NCBI GenBank assembly: GCA_002633005.1
Contig: NMRA01000062.1
Span: forward strand, 354,111-418,110
Direction: 5' to 3'
DNA length: 64,000 nt
Origin: Phoronis australis
Taxonomy: Eukaryota > Animalia > Phoronida
Shown here: one piece after another, positions 14,701 through 29,700 of the stretch
How the letters are laid out: each line of letters starts with the position of its first letter
How positions within the stretch are numbered: the stretch's first letter is position 1
Program-made: the position numbers and the translations under genes
Notes under the pieces: generated by a model
The model's database searches: none
The model's input: only the letters and a program-made list of their open reading frames with translations
Told to the model about the DNA's origin: nothing

Positions 14701-17700
14701 GGGTGGTTCGATACACATCTTTAGGAATGCGATTCGATACAATTCTTTTTTGAAGGAATTCCATTATTTTTTAATCAAATCTTGTTTGTCAAATTAATTC
14801 TCGGTTTTCTCAATTTTACAACTCATACCAACTTTAATTAGCAACTTCGACTGTTAAAGTACATAGTTTTGACAGCAAAAGGCCTGTAGAGTTTGATTTT
14901 TGACTTTTTACTAATCCGCATTCAATCGGGTCTTTTGCACAAAGCAAAACAACTGTATAATATCATGATCGAATTTTATTTCATATTTATCTTCAAGATG
15001 AGATCTCAAAAACGCTGTTAGTTTTCCAAAATATCTTGTATTCCTTTTGTGCAACTTCAGATTTTTAGCATGAAAATCACAAAGAGATCCTGTCGGGCAA
15101 AAACGAAACATTCTAAGGACAACTCCTAACAGCGTTTTGAGGAACAATGCATAAAAAATAGTGTCTGAAATTTTAATCTGTATCCAGCAATCTGCCACTT
15201 CTGAGATGTGATGTTCTGAAGTAGGCCAACTTTGCACATTCTTCCAAGGCTAAATCCACCACAAAAAGGAATTAAAGCTGAATAGTTCCAAAAATAGCAA
15301 CTGCACCCGAGCTAGAAAAACACATCAAAGTAGAAGATATGTCGCAAGAATACACCAAAAAATACAGCCAAACAGACAAAGTGCTTCACAAATATAAAAT
15401 ATGGCTTGAAAAAGGTGAGAGAGTAATCCACGACAAAAAACAAACAAAATGAAAGTTGTAATAAAGAAAATCCGAGTTCAGCTGAAACAGATAGAATCCA
15501 CACAAAACTCACAATGCGTTTCCCGAAAGGTAAAGCTTTTGCACGCTATGTTGAATAAAACAACCATTAACAATACTAGGTAAAGACGTAAGCTATTGTC
15601 AGTAAGGGTATGTGTCCCTTTATTACAGCGTCCACTGAAGTATAAGCTCAAAGATTCATAATTGGAGAGCAAAACAAAAATTTAATGCAAGTGAGCTGAC
15701 ATCAGATATTCTGGGCTTGTACTGCACAGTCACTTAAGTACATGCCCATGACTTCTCTATTTAACTTTACACGCTTAGCTCCATCTAGTGGCAGGCGGTA
15801 GTGAGAGGTGGATTTGACATGGACTGAGAGGTAAACTGGGGGTGCGCTTACACTGAGAGGTAGGTTGTAGTGGGCTTATACCACAGAGTGCACTTATTTA
15901 TACCGAGAGGTAAGTTGAACATGGGCTCATACCACAGGGTGTGCTTATTTATACCGAGAGGAAAGTTGGAGGTGGGCTTATACAAGATGTGCTTATATAT
16001 ACTGAAAGATAAGTTGAAGGTGGGCTCATACCACAGGGCGTGCTTATTTATGCTGAGAGGTAAGATGGAGGTGGGCTCATACCATAGGAGAGCTTATTTA
16101 TACTGACGGGTAAGTTGGGGGTAGGCTTATACCAAAACGGATATGGTATTGTTTTTGGGGCAGTGTACTAAGTAACTAAGATTATAATGATGCTAAATGC
16201 CATGAAAATCAATCACATTTTAAAATCAGGGCTTGGAATAACCAATGACAAAAAACGTGGAAACTTTTACGGCCCAAATCATGCCCGATAACCAGCCTTT
16301 GAAATGGTCAATGTGAACCTTTCCGCGACAAAAATGGGGAGGAATAAAAAAAAACCAAAAAAAAAAACCAAAAACATTACCACCATCAGTAGCATGCGCC
16401 TGCGTCCTTTTCGCTCGCCCGTCCACTCCCAACCTACACAATTTTGGCTGCAGAGCGGTAGTATTTATCGCCGCGCTTAACAATAACACGAGCCGCCATT
16501 GAAAATGACACCACGCTTTACCCAGATGCCCCGGCAATGTTGACAATTTACGTTCCTCCGAAACATAAAGAGCAACTTCCGCTTTCCGAGGTGAACGTCG
16601 TCTGCAACGCCGCGGTAAGAAAGGAATTTACCGCGGGAATTTCATATCAAATCCGATTTTTTTACGCAGAAATATTATAAAAAAAGCGGAAAGTACATTT
16701 CAAAAAAGCGGAAATCCGCGTTTCCGCGGAAAATTCCAAGCCCTGTAAAATGTATTTAGAAAACAGTCAAGGTCTCCACCAATCACATTACAAGAGTCAC
16801 CGTCACACCTACCTCTATGGAGGTCATGGGGTAGATTATAGTGATAATGTCGCCTGTCAGAGGAGACATCAGACGTACGCCACCATCCTACAGAAATAAA
16901 ACACAGTCAGTGTTGTCGGGTATTGAAGAACAGAACACTTTTTGACACACTCTTCCACTCGTCGATACCCAGAATTGTCCACTTAGGAAAAGAACTATAT
17001 GCTCTATCACTGTACTGTTATGTTCAAGACATATAATGTGTGGTCTAGGAACCTGGTCAAGTTTTACAGAGTGGGCAAGGACAAATTGTTTCTTGGACAG
17101 TATTAACATCTTCAACAACAGGAATTGATCTAAAATAAAACCTATAACCTCGTGCAGATTATTAAACAACAACACAATCTGAACACTTCTCTTATTGATT
17201 AATACGTTTTGTTCAAAACGACATTCCATTTGCACTTAACAGCCTTGACTGGCAGTGTCTTCAACATGTCTTGAAGAGAACTTCCTGCCTAAATTGTCCA
17301 ATTGCAAGCTATTTTCATGATATACAATAGGGCTGTCCCGTATTACACAGCGAAACTCGAATCTCACCGACTGTATTTACCCACAATGCCGTAAACATCT
17401 GTCGGGCACATTTTGCTACCTCATTTTCGTGCCATTGGAGTTGGCATGTTATTTGTTGCCTAGCTGATTCTTTACGAGTTTTTCTCGGATGCATTACCCC
17501 ATTCGTCCTTCTAATGCTAACAAAATATTACTGCTTTGCTTTGGGCTGTGAACTCCGATGCGAGAAAGTTTGATAAAGTGGACAAATACGCGTGGATACG
17601 GGATGTGAAATTCTTCGCCTTCCCGACATAAATGAGAGACACAAAAATGTGCCAGATTTCCAAAACGAGGTCACGTGTTTTCTTTTATCTTTGGGACAAA

Positions 17701-20700
17701 GGAGAGTTCTACTGCCGTGCAATCCGTGACGGCTATGCAAACACTTCACAAACCGCTGTTCAAAGTGGTCAAAGTGGTCAGTATGACTAGTCCAACTTAC
17801 ATTAGCCACCACTACAATCCTAGAAGCAAGTCCTTTCGCAGACGTCCGACACAGTCGCTCCACTTCAGAGTTGGTGTTGGCAAACATGCCATAGAACTGT
17901 AACATGCGCACAGATTACAGGGATTGACAGAATGGGTGAGAGAGAAACTAAACAATTTGGATATTATACAGTATTCACTGGCTGGGGCTGCCTTACAGAA
18001 CAAAGAGTGGGACCTCTTGCAAAAAAATCAAAATCATCAAAAACAGGGAAATAAATGAAATTTTAATTGCCGAAACTATTCATTCAACAAATGAAACTAA
18101 GATTTAAAAATATCTCCAATATATGACTTACAAAATGAACATTCAAATATTACAAGCGATTTTTGTGGGGGTGAGAAGACAAACAAATATTTGTTCTACA
18201 TGTTTAAAGCTTAACAATTCATTTACAGAAATATGACTATTTTCTGTGCTATTCTAGTGCTTGTCCTTTCAAACAGATAATTCGATATCACTCCAAGGGC
18301 ACACAGTGACTCACGTGATTAAATTCCCAGACCTTAACAGTCTGCAAGCCTTGATACATGAGGCGTCCATCCATCAGCACCTGCATGTTAAGGACCTTCT
18401 CGCCACAGTCAAGCCGCTGGTACTAGATGGACAACACAAACTCTGTTAGATAACATGCAGTCTAATTAGATGTTTCTGTGTATAAGCCCAGGCACAACTG
18501 AGTAGATGGTATTTACGGAACTTAATACACAGCCAGGACCTAGTTGCATAAAGTTATAGGCTGGATAGCAACAATGACGGTTGCATTTATCACATAGGCC
18601 AACTGTTAATGTTGAACGATTCACTCGACGCGATGTAACAATCAAACTTATTCAGCGTATCAGTTTCAAGGTTTTTTATACAAGCATGGCCTGCAGATGT
18701 AGACTTTGGTTCGGTTGAATTTTCAAGGCCTAAGTGCAACAATACCCAATGCTTCAATTGAAATTGCTGGGATTTGTCCGAAGTAATACTCTATATGGAG
18801 TAACACAAGAAAAGGGAACCATGCACTGAAAGATGGTGAGCAAACAAGATTACGATTAAACATTTAATTTCTTCAGACTTTCGTGTCCAGTTGTTAAAGT
18901 GTTTAAAGTTCAACAATGCAGTCATTTCCAAAATATGCAGTTTTTACATTCCACAATGACTAAAATAGGGAGTAAAGAATGTTGCCATGAACATGCAGGC
19001 AGCAGTCATCAGAGACACCCGCATCTTTGTTCCCTAATGACCACACTAAGGGCAACCAGTCCAGGCACTCTGGTAACTATACCTCCAGTAATCCCAACTG
19101 ATAACAAGCTTTCATAGTTGGGAAATGAGATGAAGTGCCCAATCAAATTCACACTGACTTATTACTTTCTAACCACGAGACCGATAATTAAAAGACAAGT
19201 TCGGTACCAGCTCAAACGTGTCCAGCCTCCAGACTTTGACAGTGCCATCTAGTGAGGCGGAGAAGAGTAGTGGGTCGGTACTGTGCAGGTCAAGTGCCGT
19301 GACTTGATCGGAGTGCGCCACGAACTCGTGCTGTTGGTTGAAGAAGACAAGACTCCAGACTTTGATGACGCCATCTTTGGATGCCGTGAGGAAGAAGTCC
19401 CGTTGTGGGTAAAAGGCACAGCTGCAAAATACAAGCGTTGTGTTTACAATCTATTCACGCCATGAAAAGAATCCTACGTTGACATCCTTGCTGATTGAGA
19501 GTGGGCAAGTCGACCGATATGCGTACCTCAAAATTTGCCGGCATTGATCAAAGACACAAAGCTGTTGTTACATCGACTCAAGTTGCTGATGTTATAGTTC
19601 TCTAAATAATGAGACCCATGATTAACACACTGGAGGCGACAATAGAATTTTTAAATTTCCATTTTGAAAGTTTCTGAGTAGGGTATTTGAAAAGTTTCTC
19701 AAAAATACACATGATTAGGCTTTTGAATTTTGAAAATCGTAGAAGAAATGTGACTTTTACAACCTGAAATGTTTGTTAAATTTAGTCATATTAAGTTCCT
19801 TAATTCCGCTGAGTGTGCAACATAATTGGGCCAATTACCAATCCACAAGGCAGCAGTTGAATTTTAAGGTAAACCAAGTGTCATGGTACAATTCTTGGAA
19901 TGTGTACTAAAACTGTCTTAGTTTATGTAGTTTTAAGTCAACAAAACAATCACCTGTCTGAATACGTACTGCAGTATCTTTCAATGCAAGAGCAAACTTG
20001 GTAATATTTTAACATATGTCCTGTTTTAAAACCACTCACAATAAAACAATCCAAAACTCTGTTTTCTCTTGCCTGACCAATACTGCTGAGGTAAGTTAGT
20101 CAGTCAAAAAATATTGCATTTTCCAGACTATTCACCGTAATGGCAGGCTAGCTATTGCTGTGACTGATGTGTCGTTTTGCCAAGAAAAATGGATTGATTT
20201 CAATGGATAATAAAAAATAAAATGTTTTGAGTCACAAATAGATTTCACAGTTGGGGTAATCGAACTTAATTACAATTTACGCATGACCCAATTGCAAAGC
20301 AATTTCATCACATGAATAGATTATTCAGAGAGAGTTTGGATAATTTGAAGAAAATTTGCTAAAGGCAAAAGGCTAATTAGTGTCATCAGGTACTTACGCT
20401 GAGAAAGACATGGCGTGTTTGTTTTGGAAATAGTAGGTACAGCGGTTTGTCTTGTAGTTCACAACGTAGACACTACTATCAGTCAGTAGCAGCACCTGCT
20501 TGTTGGTGGAGTCCACTTTCATGTCCATCACCCACTGGACAAAGAGAGAACAAAATTAAATTAATATATGATAGATCAGCTGCTAATGGTTAAAATCCTA
20601 ATTTTGGTCGATAGTTAAATTTTGTGAATTCGTGTTGTGTATCTTAAATTTATTTTCAAGTAACTTTTTTTTTTGTTGAGACAAACTGATGATTAAGCTA

Positions 20701-23700
20701 GTTAGTTATCACTTGAAGACCTCAAAATTATTGCTACAAGTTCAAGAATCTATACTGCTCATCCCCGACACCATTTTATTTTGAAGCCAGAATATCTGGC
20801 CCAACTGAAATTTCCACACAAACAGCCAAATGCGCGAGTTTGTTTATCCTAAATTTTCAATGAATCTCACTCTAAGTTTTGCAATTTTCTTTGGATTGTG
20901 AAAATCTTACAGGAATCTCATTGGAATCCAGCAAGATTCTCAATTTCCTTTTCTACAAATCTAGGGGGTTACCAAGTGCAGTCTTGCATTATGCACTCAC
21001 CCATGTAAACCACAAGGTGCTTAAGAACAGAATCGGAGACACGGTATTTAGCACAAAACAAGGCGGACAACAGAAATTCCATTTTGTCAAATTTCCCAAC
21101 AGAAATAAAGATCATAGGATAATTTTGGTTAGTTTATTATTGGCATGGTTTGTACCGTGTATATCATTGCTAAACAATATTTAGTAATCTCCATTATTTG
21201 CAACAAGAAAATAAATGAAGTCTACACAATGGAAAAATGGCAGTCGTTTTTCATGCAAAATAAGTGAAGAACTACCACGTCTCTACCTCACACACAAGAA
21301 CAGAAATTAAAACAAATAATTTTTTCTAGTACGAGTTTGAACTCGAGTTCAAAGATTAGATTTCAGGCCCAAACAGGTATTCTATTAGCCATCAATCATA
21401 ACTAATATGGTAAGAATTATCCTATTTGGGATAGTCCCAGATTTTTGGAACATCAAAATTCAAGCTGAAATTGATTTATTTTGTTTCTTAAGAATGGGAC
21501 ATGGGCGATTTTGATTTTTATCGTATTTCTCAAATATCGGACAGTGCGTTTTGAAACAACAGTATGACACAATAGACTAGGCAGTTCCTAAAATCATCCA
21601 AAATAGCTGCCAATGAATGCAACATTTTCGTGCGTTTCCAAAATCTGTAACAAAGTAGTGATCCTTAATCACAGATCTTAAATTCTTGAATTTAAGATGA
21701 CCAATATTGCCTAATGTATTTCTAAAATTTGGTAAAAGCTTGAGCAAATTGATAAATTCCCCGTCCAAAACTATGTAGATGTCCACACAATGACGGTAGA
21801 CCGGCTGGGGGGGGGGGGTGATTCTTATCAGATGTTTGATCAGTCATGTTATGACAGCTCATAAGCAACGTATATTTCACAAGTCTGATTAAATGTCATG
21901 CGAATGCTATATAAGATTTTCCATGACACTAAAATTAAACCAAGCCCGTCCACGAGAGTGGACTAATACTTAACAAGCTTTTTAAGATAAAAAAATCCAT
22001 TCTATACAACAAATTGCTGAATATCAGACTACGAATGTTAAATGTAATTTACGAAAATCAAAGCAAACATGGTGTGAACCTACCTCATTCTTTTTAACTT
22101 GAAACACAAACTTGGAGCCTGGTGTCAAGTAATTGCGGATCTGTAGAGGGGCAACAAAGACAAGAAAATAAATCTTGAAGAAAGCCACGCACCATGACAC
22201 ACTACTTGCTTGTGAACTTGTCTCGCATTAATTTAAGAATTAATACTTTTAGAAGTTACAATTGAACACAACAAGCTACTTAAGAAGTTCTAACTCCACA
22301 CACTGCCATCCACAGCCTACACTCTAACTCCGCCCACTCCCATCCACAGCCTACACTCTAACTCTACCCACTCCCATCCACAGCCTACACTCTAACTCCG
22401 CCCACTCCCATCCACAGCCTACACTCTAACTCCACCTACTCCCATCCACAGCCTACACTCTAACTCCACCCACTTCCGTCCACAGCCTACACTCTAACTC
22501 CACCGACTTCCGTCCACAGCCTACACTCTAACTCCACCGACTTCCGTCCACAGCCTACACTCTAACTCCGCCCACTCCCATCCACAGCCTACACTCTAAC
22601 TCCGCCCACTCCCATTCATAGCCTACACTCTAACTCCGCCCATTCCCATCCACAGCCTACACTCTAACTCCGCCCACTCCCATTCACAGCCTACACTCCA
22701 ACTCCACCCACTTCCGTCCACACCTTACTTTCTAACTCCAACCATTTCCATCCACAGCCTACACTCTAACTCCACCTACTCCCATCCACAGCATACACTC
22801 TAACTCCACCCACTTCCGTCCACACCTTACTTTCTAACTCCACCCACTTCCATCCACACCTTACATTGTAACTCCACCCATTTCCATCCACAGCTTCTTT
22901 GTAACTCCACCACTTTAATCAGCGACATACATTCTAACTCCACCCATTACAACCCACAACACAAATTTCAGTCCAAATCTACATTCTAACTCCCCCATTC
23001 CCATCCTTAACCTATATTTCATCTTCACCCATTCTCATCCAAAACCAACTACACTCTAATTCCACCTGTAACCTACCTTCTCAATCTTCCAGCTGGTGAC
23101 CATGCCATTTCCACCAACTAGTACCTCGTCAATGTCACGAATATAAACTAGGCTGAAAATTTGAATATTGAGTGGTTGGATTACAAAAGCAACAAGTGTA
23201 CTTCAGAAGTGATCCAATGCATAGTCACTGCACAGCAATACGAATATTCATAATAAGACAACCAAAACCACGTGATATGAAAACTATAGGACATCTAGCA
23301 GTCAATCCATTACAAAAACCTCATATTTGGTTTCAACTCCAGACAACAGCCACAGGTTTCCAATACAAGGCTAGTCCAGATATAAATCTTGTCCATTGTT
23401 ACCCCTTCCCATGCTCTTTTGATTCGCAGGCCAACTATCTACCATGTCAGTTCAAACAGTTACTAATATAATTCATCGACTTGGACAGACGAATCTATTT
23501 TGGCCAATTTTTATAGTATTTCTTCAGGTAAAAGTGATCCTAACTTAATTTTTTAAATCAATTTCAGAAGACAAACAGTTTGGAAAATCATTTTAGTTGA
23601 TGATAAAGCAACTTTTCTTAGTAAGAATTTTACTGACATGAAACCATTGCTACTAGTGGTAATTGCTCAGCTCCACACAATGGGACCCCAGATCAGATTC

Positions 23701-26700
23701 CCTGATGAGCAGACCTCTAAACACGAACAATAATATTGACTACCAGCATTAGGTGCTGTGAACTGGGCCAAGTTTCTAATGATTGACTATTCACAACAAG
23801 ATTACAATCTGCATAAACAACAAATTTTGAATTAATATCTGAGTGACACCATTATCGGCAATAACTGCATTGAGTTGAAGGCAGGTCCAAGTGATCACAG
23901 CATATCAAGTATGACCTACTTGTCAATATGAGCAAAAATCAATCTGAATATCGAGATCAGTCTACCATTAATCAATAAATGATCCTCAGCTGAAAAACAC
24001 CTTATTACAATACAGTACACTATGCTCACGTTTGGGAAATCTGAGGCAAATATTTTGACAATAAAAAAAGACTGTAGGTGAGAATTTTCACGATACCCTT
24101 GAAGCGTGTAATAACTTTAGGTTGTGTAAGGCACCAGGAAAATATCCAAAATTGGATAACATTGAAACACTTCCTGGAAATGGCGTTTTCACGCAAAACT
24201 ACCAACAACGTGCTACTGCATTTTTACGACTCTACCACTCAAATTGGTGTTACTGTGGAGACATACATTTACAATACGGTTTATCGTATCTTACATCCTA
24301 TCTTAACAACGGTACGAAATCTTCCAATTTGAGACAGTCTCTAAAACTTGACATACTGAAATTCAAGTGAACATTGAATTTTGTCTTTTCTGAAAATTGG
24401 GAAAAGGGTGGTTTTGGCGCTGATCATATTTTCTCAAATATTGGATACAGTCTTTTGTATCAACTAAGTCTGAGATACAATCGTCAAAAGTAGCTACCCA
24501 TGCAATATACAACTTTCTCGTGATTCTTGAAATTGAAAATCCAACATTACCCATTTCTACATTTTGGTACGAGCTTCGACTTTGAACAAAATAATTAATT
24601 TTCACTGTCCCAAATTGTAGAATTTTAACTTTTTTAATTCTAGACAAGGCAACAAGAATAAGAATACAACCAGCGATTTCTGAGACGTGAAGTTCAAAAT
24701 TTAGCCAAATTTGGACATATTTAATGACGGGATGGGTCCTAACAAAGCTCCAATCCTTATCCACTCACCAGAAGACTGTGGTAGGAATTTCCACCTTGTG
24801 ATATTCCACAAAGTTATTCTGGACGTCACCAAACAGCCTCAGGCTCATGTCTTTACAGATGGCCACGAATTTCTGCAAAATGTACACTGCACACATCAGA
24901 CAGAACAATGCGATGCACCAAACACTTCTCAAGAAAATGAGGAAAAGAAAATATTGATGAGGGATTCCAAAAATTACAAATTGAACATGTACACTTGAGG
25001 AGCAAGTTTTTGCATGGTTGTTAACTACTATAAAGATCAGGTGAAACCCTGTACCTCCAGAAATAATCTTTTACCTACTCATACCTGATATCTTAGTCGC
25101 TGGTCACAAACAATTTTGCCGCCGTAGTCCAACTTACCAGATTATTAATTTTTGCAAAATATTGTGAGACTGCTCCCAGTATTTTGTACAAAACACTCAC
25201 CAATTGACACAGTATGGCAAACACGTGAAATTTTATTTTCTCATGTTTCTCAATGAAAGATTATTATGCAGCAACACAATTTAATGCATTTCAATTTTCA
25301 AGGTCTCTACCACAGCCACTAGAAAATATTGTGGGCATTACAATGTTAGAATCCCTTGAAAATGAAAAATTTTGGCAATCACGTCCTCTGTAATTGAGGC
25401 GCTTTTACCGTATAACTTGAAAGAAATCCGTGTTGTATCACAAATAATCCTAGACTTGTTTCATCATACTCACACATTTCACGGGTATGTAGACAAACTT
25501 GATAAACTGAGCCTTCACACCTGACACTCTGAAACGGCAAAAAGCAATTCTGAGCTGGAGGATTCCCTGCATCAAATGGATTTATGGGTACGTGACGGGA
25601 CAAAATGTGATACCAGACTCTAGTGATGACTGGATTAATCCACTTAGGGCTTGGAAGAGGAACCAGTCCCAATAGAGACTTAGAATTTTGCAGACAGTTG
25701 TAAATCTTTGGTGTCCTTCACACAGAATAGGCTGTTTGGAATTGACTGGTGTTTATTACTGAGGACTCAGGCTAGTAAATATAGCTCTTTTTGAACACTG
25801 TTCTTATACTCATACCACTGTCTCACTCCAAGTTGGCCTGTGCAAGTAAACACAGCTTAAGAAAGGGTTTGTGGTCCAGGCTGAGAAGATAATTGCTTTA
25901 TTACCCCCATGTGTTTTGAACAGCCCAGCCAGAATGACCTGGTGATGGGAGACAAAACTGCCAATACAGTGAGATAGAGTGACAAACATTTTGTGCAAAA
26001 TCTGACAAACATGGTTAAAATCTATTCTCAACTTCTGAGTTAAAGTCTAGCTACAATCACACACGCACACAATAGAGACAACAACATAACCATCTTAAAG
26101 CGTTTCACCTGCCAGAGGCATGAATGACTGCTGACAACTCACTTGGTCAACGTGGTCCCATCACTGATTTTGTCCAGAAGCCATACGTTCATGTCATTAG
26201 TATCATAGGATGGGAACTGTGCAATGAAGACGGGTCCGCTGTGCGTCTGTACGTACAGTAGGCTACGGATGTTTTGAGGACACCTCAGGCTGTGTATTAG
26301 CTGTAACAACACCAGCAGTCTTTCCAGCAACACGTATGGCAAAATCTCGTCAATTTGAAACACACTTTAACATCAATTTAACAAGTTTCAATGAACACCA
26401 GTCTACAGTTAGTCTCACCAGTTTCGGGGCACAATATGGCAGACAACTAGAATTTCGTTTACTCACTTTTTTCATTATGACAGACAACTAGAATTTCAGT
26501 GTCTCACTTTTTTCAATATGGCAGACAATGAGAACTTCATTTTCTCACTTTTTCATTATGGTAGACAACTAGCATTTCATTTTTTCGATTTTTTTCATTA
26601 TTAGCAGACAACTAGTCTAGAATTTTTGTTTTCTTACATATTTCATTCGCTTATATCTGGACTTTTTCTTAACTTCCAGGAATTCCACCACAACTTTCAA

Positions 26701-29700
26701 ATCATGACTCCCCGCAGTACTTGTGGCTATCCAATTAATAGTACTGTTAATTTCTTTCATGGTTCCTTAGATGCAGGACCTTGGTAATGACAATGACGTT
26801 TTTGACGTTTTAACAATTTAAGTTTCGGAAATGCTCAGGTAATTGTCCCAGGTTCCTGCATGCCATATGTCGATGGTCTCTCAACTATCTGGGCATATAT
26901 TCAGTTTTTACCTGACTTGTGTAATAGTCCAACTACAAACAGAAAGTGTGCCAGCGATATCTGCTGAGGACCGATTTGAGCACTCACGGTAAAATCTCAC
27001 CAATTTCGGACAATAATTGCCAAAATGGGCCTTTTTCATTTTCAAATGCCTCTAGCCATTGTTGCAAATCATCACAGCCCAGTTAAAAAGTTATATTGAG
27101 GCATGTGGAAGGGACAAAACTGGTCAGTTTAATGTTATGAAGAATGAAAAGCTTATTAAAATAACAAGTATGCGAGCACATTCCACCTCGGAAGGACAGA
27201 ACAATTCTTAATTTGCCGTATTTCAGGACTCTATTTTTTCCAATCGTTGCAAAATTAAAGCAAAACATTCAACAGTCCTCATTATATGAAACAAAGCGTC
27301 CCAAGGTAATAGTCACGCCACCTAAACAGCACTCAATATTCATTAACACAAAGTGAATGTCCTGATCTTCATTCACGATGCTTGAAACTTGCCGGCACTA
27401 TTCATTTTGGCCATTTTTGGGTAATGCTACAAATTGAAGACAAATTTTAATTGTGGCTGTGAAGGTATGTCCAACCATGGGCTTATAATTGGCAAATAGG
27501 TCCATGGGGCAATATTGGGGGGGGAGCTGTTTGTGGAAATTCCGGGTAGTAGGAAGTGGAAAAAGATAATGGCAATTCTTCATTTACTCAGCACGCAATC
27601 TGGCCAACAACTGAAATTCTATTTTGTCAAATTTCAACGCAAAAATGAAGATGATGAAATTTTAGTCTATTGCTAGCATGGTTTGCATACGACATGAAAT
27701 AATAGTTCCAACAAATTACAAAGAAGAAATGATTACTGGTTGGTTTCGAAAAAATTCAAGGATCGTCTGAACCGCACCATAATTTTTGGGTCCACTCTGT
27801 CGTCAAATTTGTATCTCATTCGAATATGTAACAAACATCATAAATAATTATTAATGCATGTATTGAAGATTATATTCATATAAGTAATAAACATAGATAG
27901 TTGGAAATTGCTAAGGTTATGTTAGGACCTTATTGTACATTTAGTAAAAAAACTAGAGTTTAATTCAGCAAAGTATATACATACTTTTTGTAAGTGGAAA
28001 TTTCGTAGAACTTGGTTTTTGACTTTATACCAATCTGCCACTAATTAGGTCACGCGACTTTTTTTAAGGAAAATTTAGCATAAAAGAAAGGTACATTCAA
28101 AGCGAAACAACAGGTTTAATAACATAACCAAATTTTATATTCTCATATTCCAGATCAAATCTCAAAAACGCTGTTACAGTTTTCTAAATTATTATGCAAA
28201 AGCATAACATTTTATAAAAATTGTAAACGAAAGAGAATTTGCATCAATAGAACAACATGCGATTTGCTTAAACAAAATTGGCTAAAATTTGCATGCGCTT
28301 TGACATAACTCGAAGGCTATAGGCCCAATTATTGTACAGTTTCTAGAATATATTATTAGAGGCATTCACGATCACTCACAATTACCCTTATTTTCCGTAA
28401 TATTGTGGAAAAGATCTCTTCTTAACCCCTCTAGCTGCATGGTCAAGATCAGACAAGCAGGACAAATAGAGACCCTGATTTTCCGCATAATGGAAACGAA
28501 AGCAATTCACGGAATCTACCCTAACTTCTTTCACCAAATCAATGGTTTTGAAGCAAATTCACATGCAATAATTTGTTTGTCCAAACTTGGCTCATCTGTT
28601 TTAGCATCATCATCACATTTCTCGGGACTACTTCATGAGTATGACCCAGGGACAACAGGCAGATTTAGAGCGTTTGAGAAATAGAGATGGACAATTCTAA
28701 ATAACTTATGTTGTGTGCCATTTAACAAGATTTGTATTAGATACTATCCTTATAGCACTATTCTCCAAAACGTTGTTAGGAATTATTTTACAAACATTAA
28801 ATTTTGTAGGAAGGGTTACCAAAAATAGGATTGGCATGATTTCATGAAAACGAATCTTTCTAAGCTACATAAAACGAAAACATAACACTTTAGAAAATTG
28901 TGACAGTGTTTTTGAGATCTCATCTTAAACATTTATATCAAATAAACTTTGATCATAGTACTGATACCATTGTTCTATCAATGTACCATTTGGTTTTGCT
29001 AAATGTTACTAAAAAGACATGCGGACACGTGACGGCCCGATTACCAGCAGGTTGGTGAAATGTCAAATTAAATCCTGGTTTCAGAAAATATGTACTTTTC
29101 AGGGGCGAATCCAGGATTTTTAGTTAGGGGGGGGGGGGGGGGGGCCAGGGCAGATTATTAGCCAGGATTCTGCCCGTCAGACATTCACACCCCCGAAGTG
29201 CCAAACGGAATATGGCAGAATTTTAGGTGGGCCGGGCTCCCCCCCCTAAATCGGCCACTGCTTTTAGTGATTTAAAATCTACTTTGTAGACATTCCGATA
29301 AATAGCCAGACTTGTCAATAAACTCTAAGCAGAATGAACCAAAACAATGAGAATCCAATCCACCAGTTAAGGTACACCTGGCAATGTCCAGGAAACAAAT
29401 AGTGGCTGATTCTCCAGTGTATTGACCAAGGAACAATAGATGACCCATGTTGTTGATCTGATCAAAGGGTTTATATTGATAGCTTAACAGTTGTCATCAA
29501 TAATTCACACATCTGATTGTACTGTTTACACTTGATTATGTCTCCTATCCTCAGCTACACTGAACAGTGGTGAACATGTTGATGGAGTGGGTGCCAGCAA
29601 GGATGTGGCTGGTTAACATATACAATAAATCATAGCACTCTTCTAAAGATGAATCTCTATTCAGAGTTAATATTTATCCAACTCAAAATATCCTGTAAGG

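Noticed and set aside
25383-25449. Alternative in-phase 67-nt exon (IICDTTRISFKLYGKSASITED) in the WD40 gene
   Set aside because: Weak donor (GTGATT) and only ~24 nt from the better exon 25528-25474, which has GTGAGT and fits the protein context.
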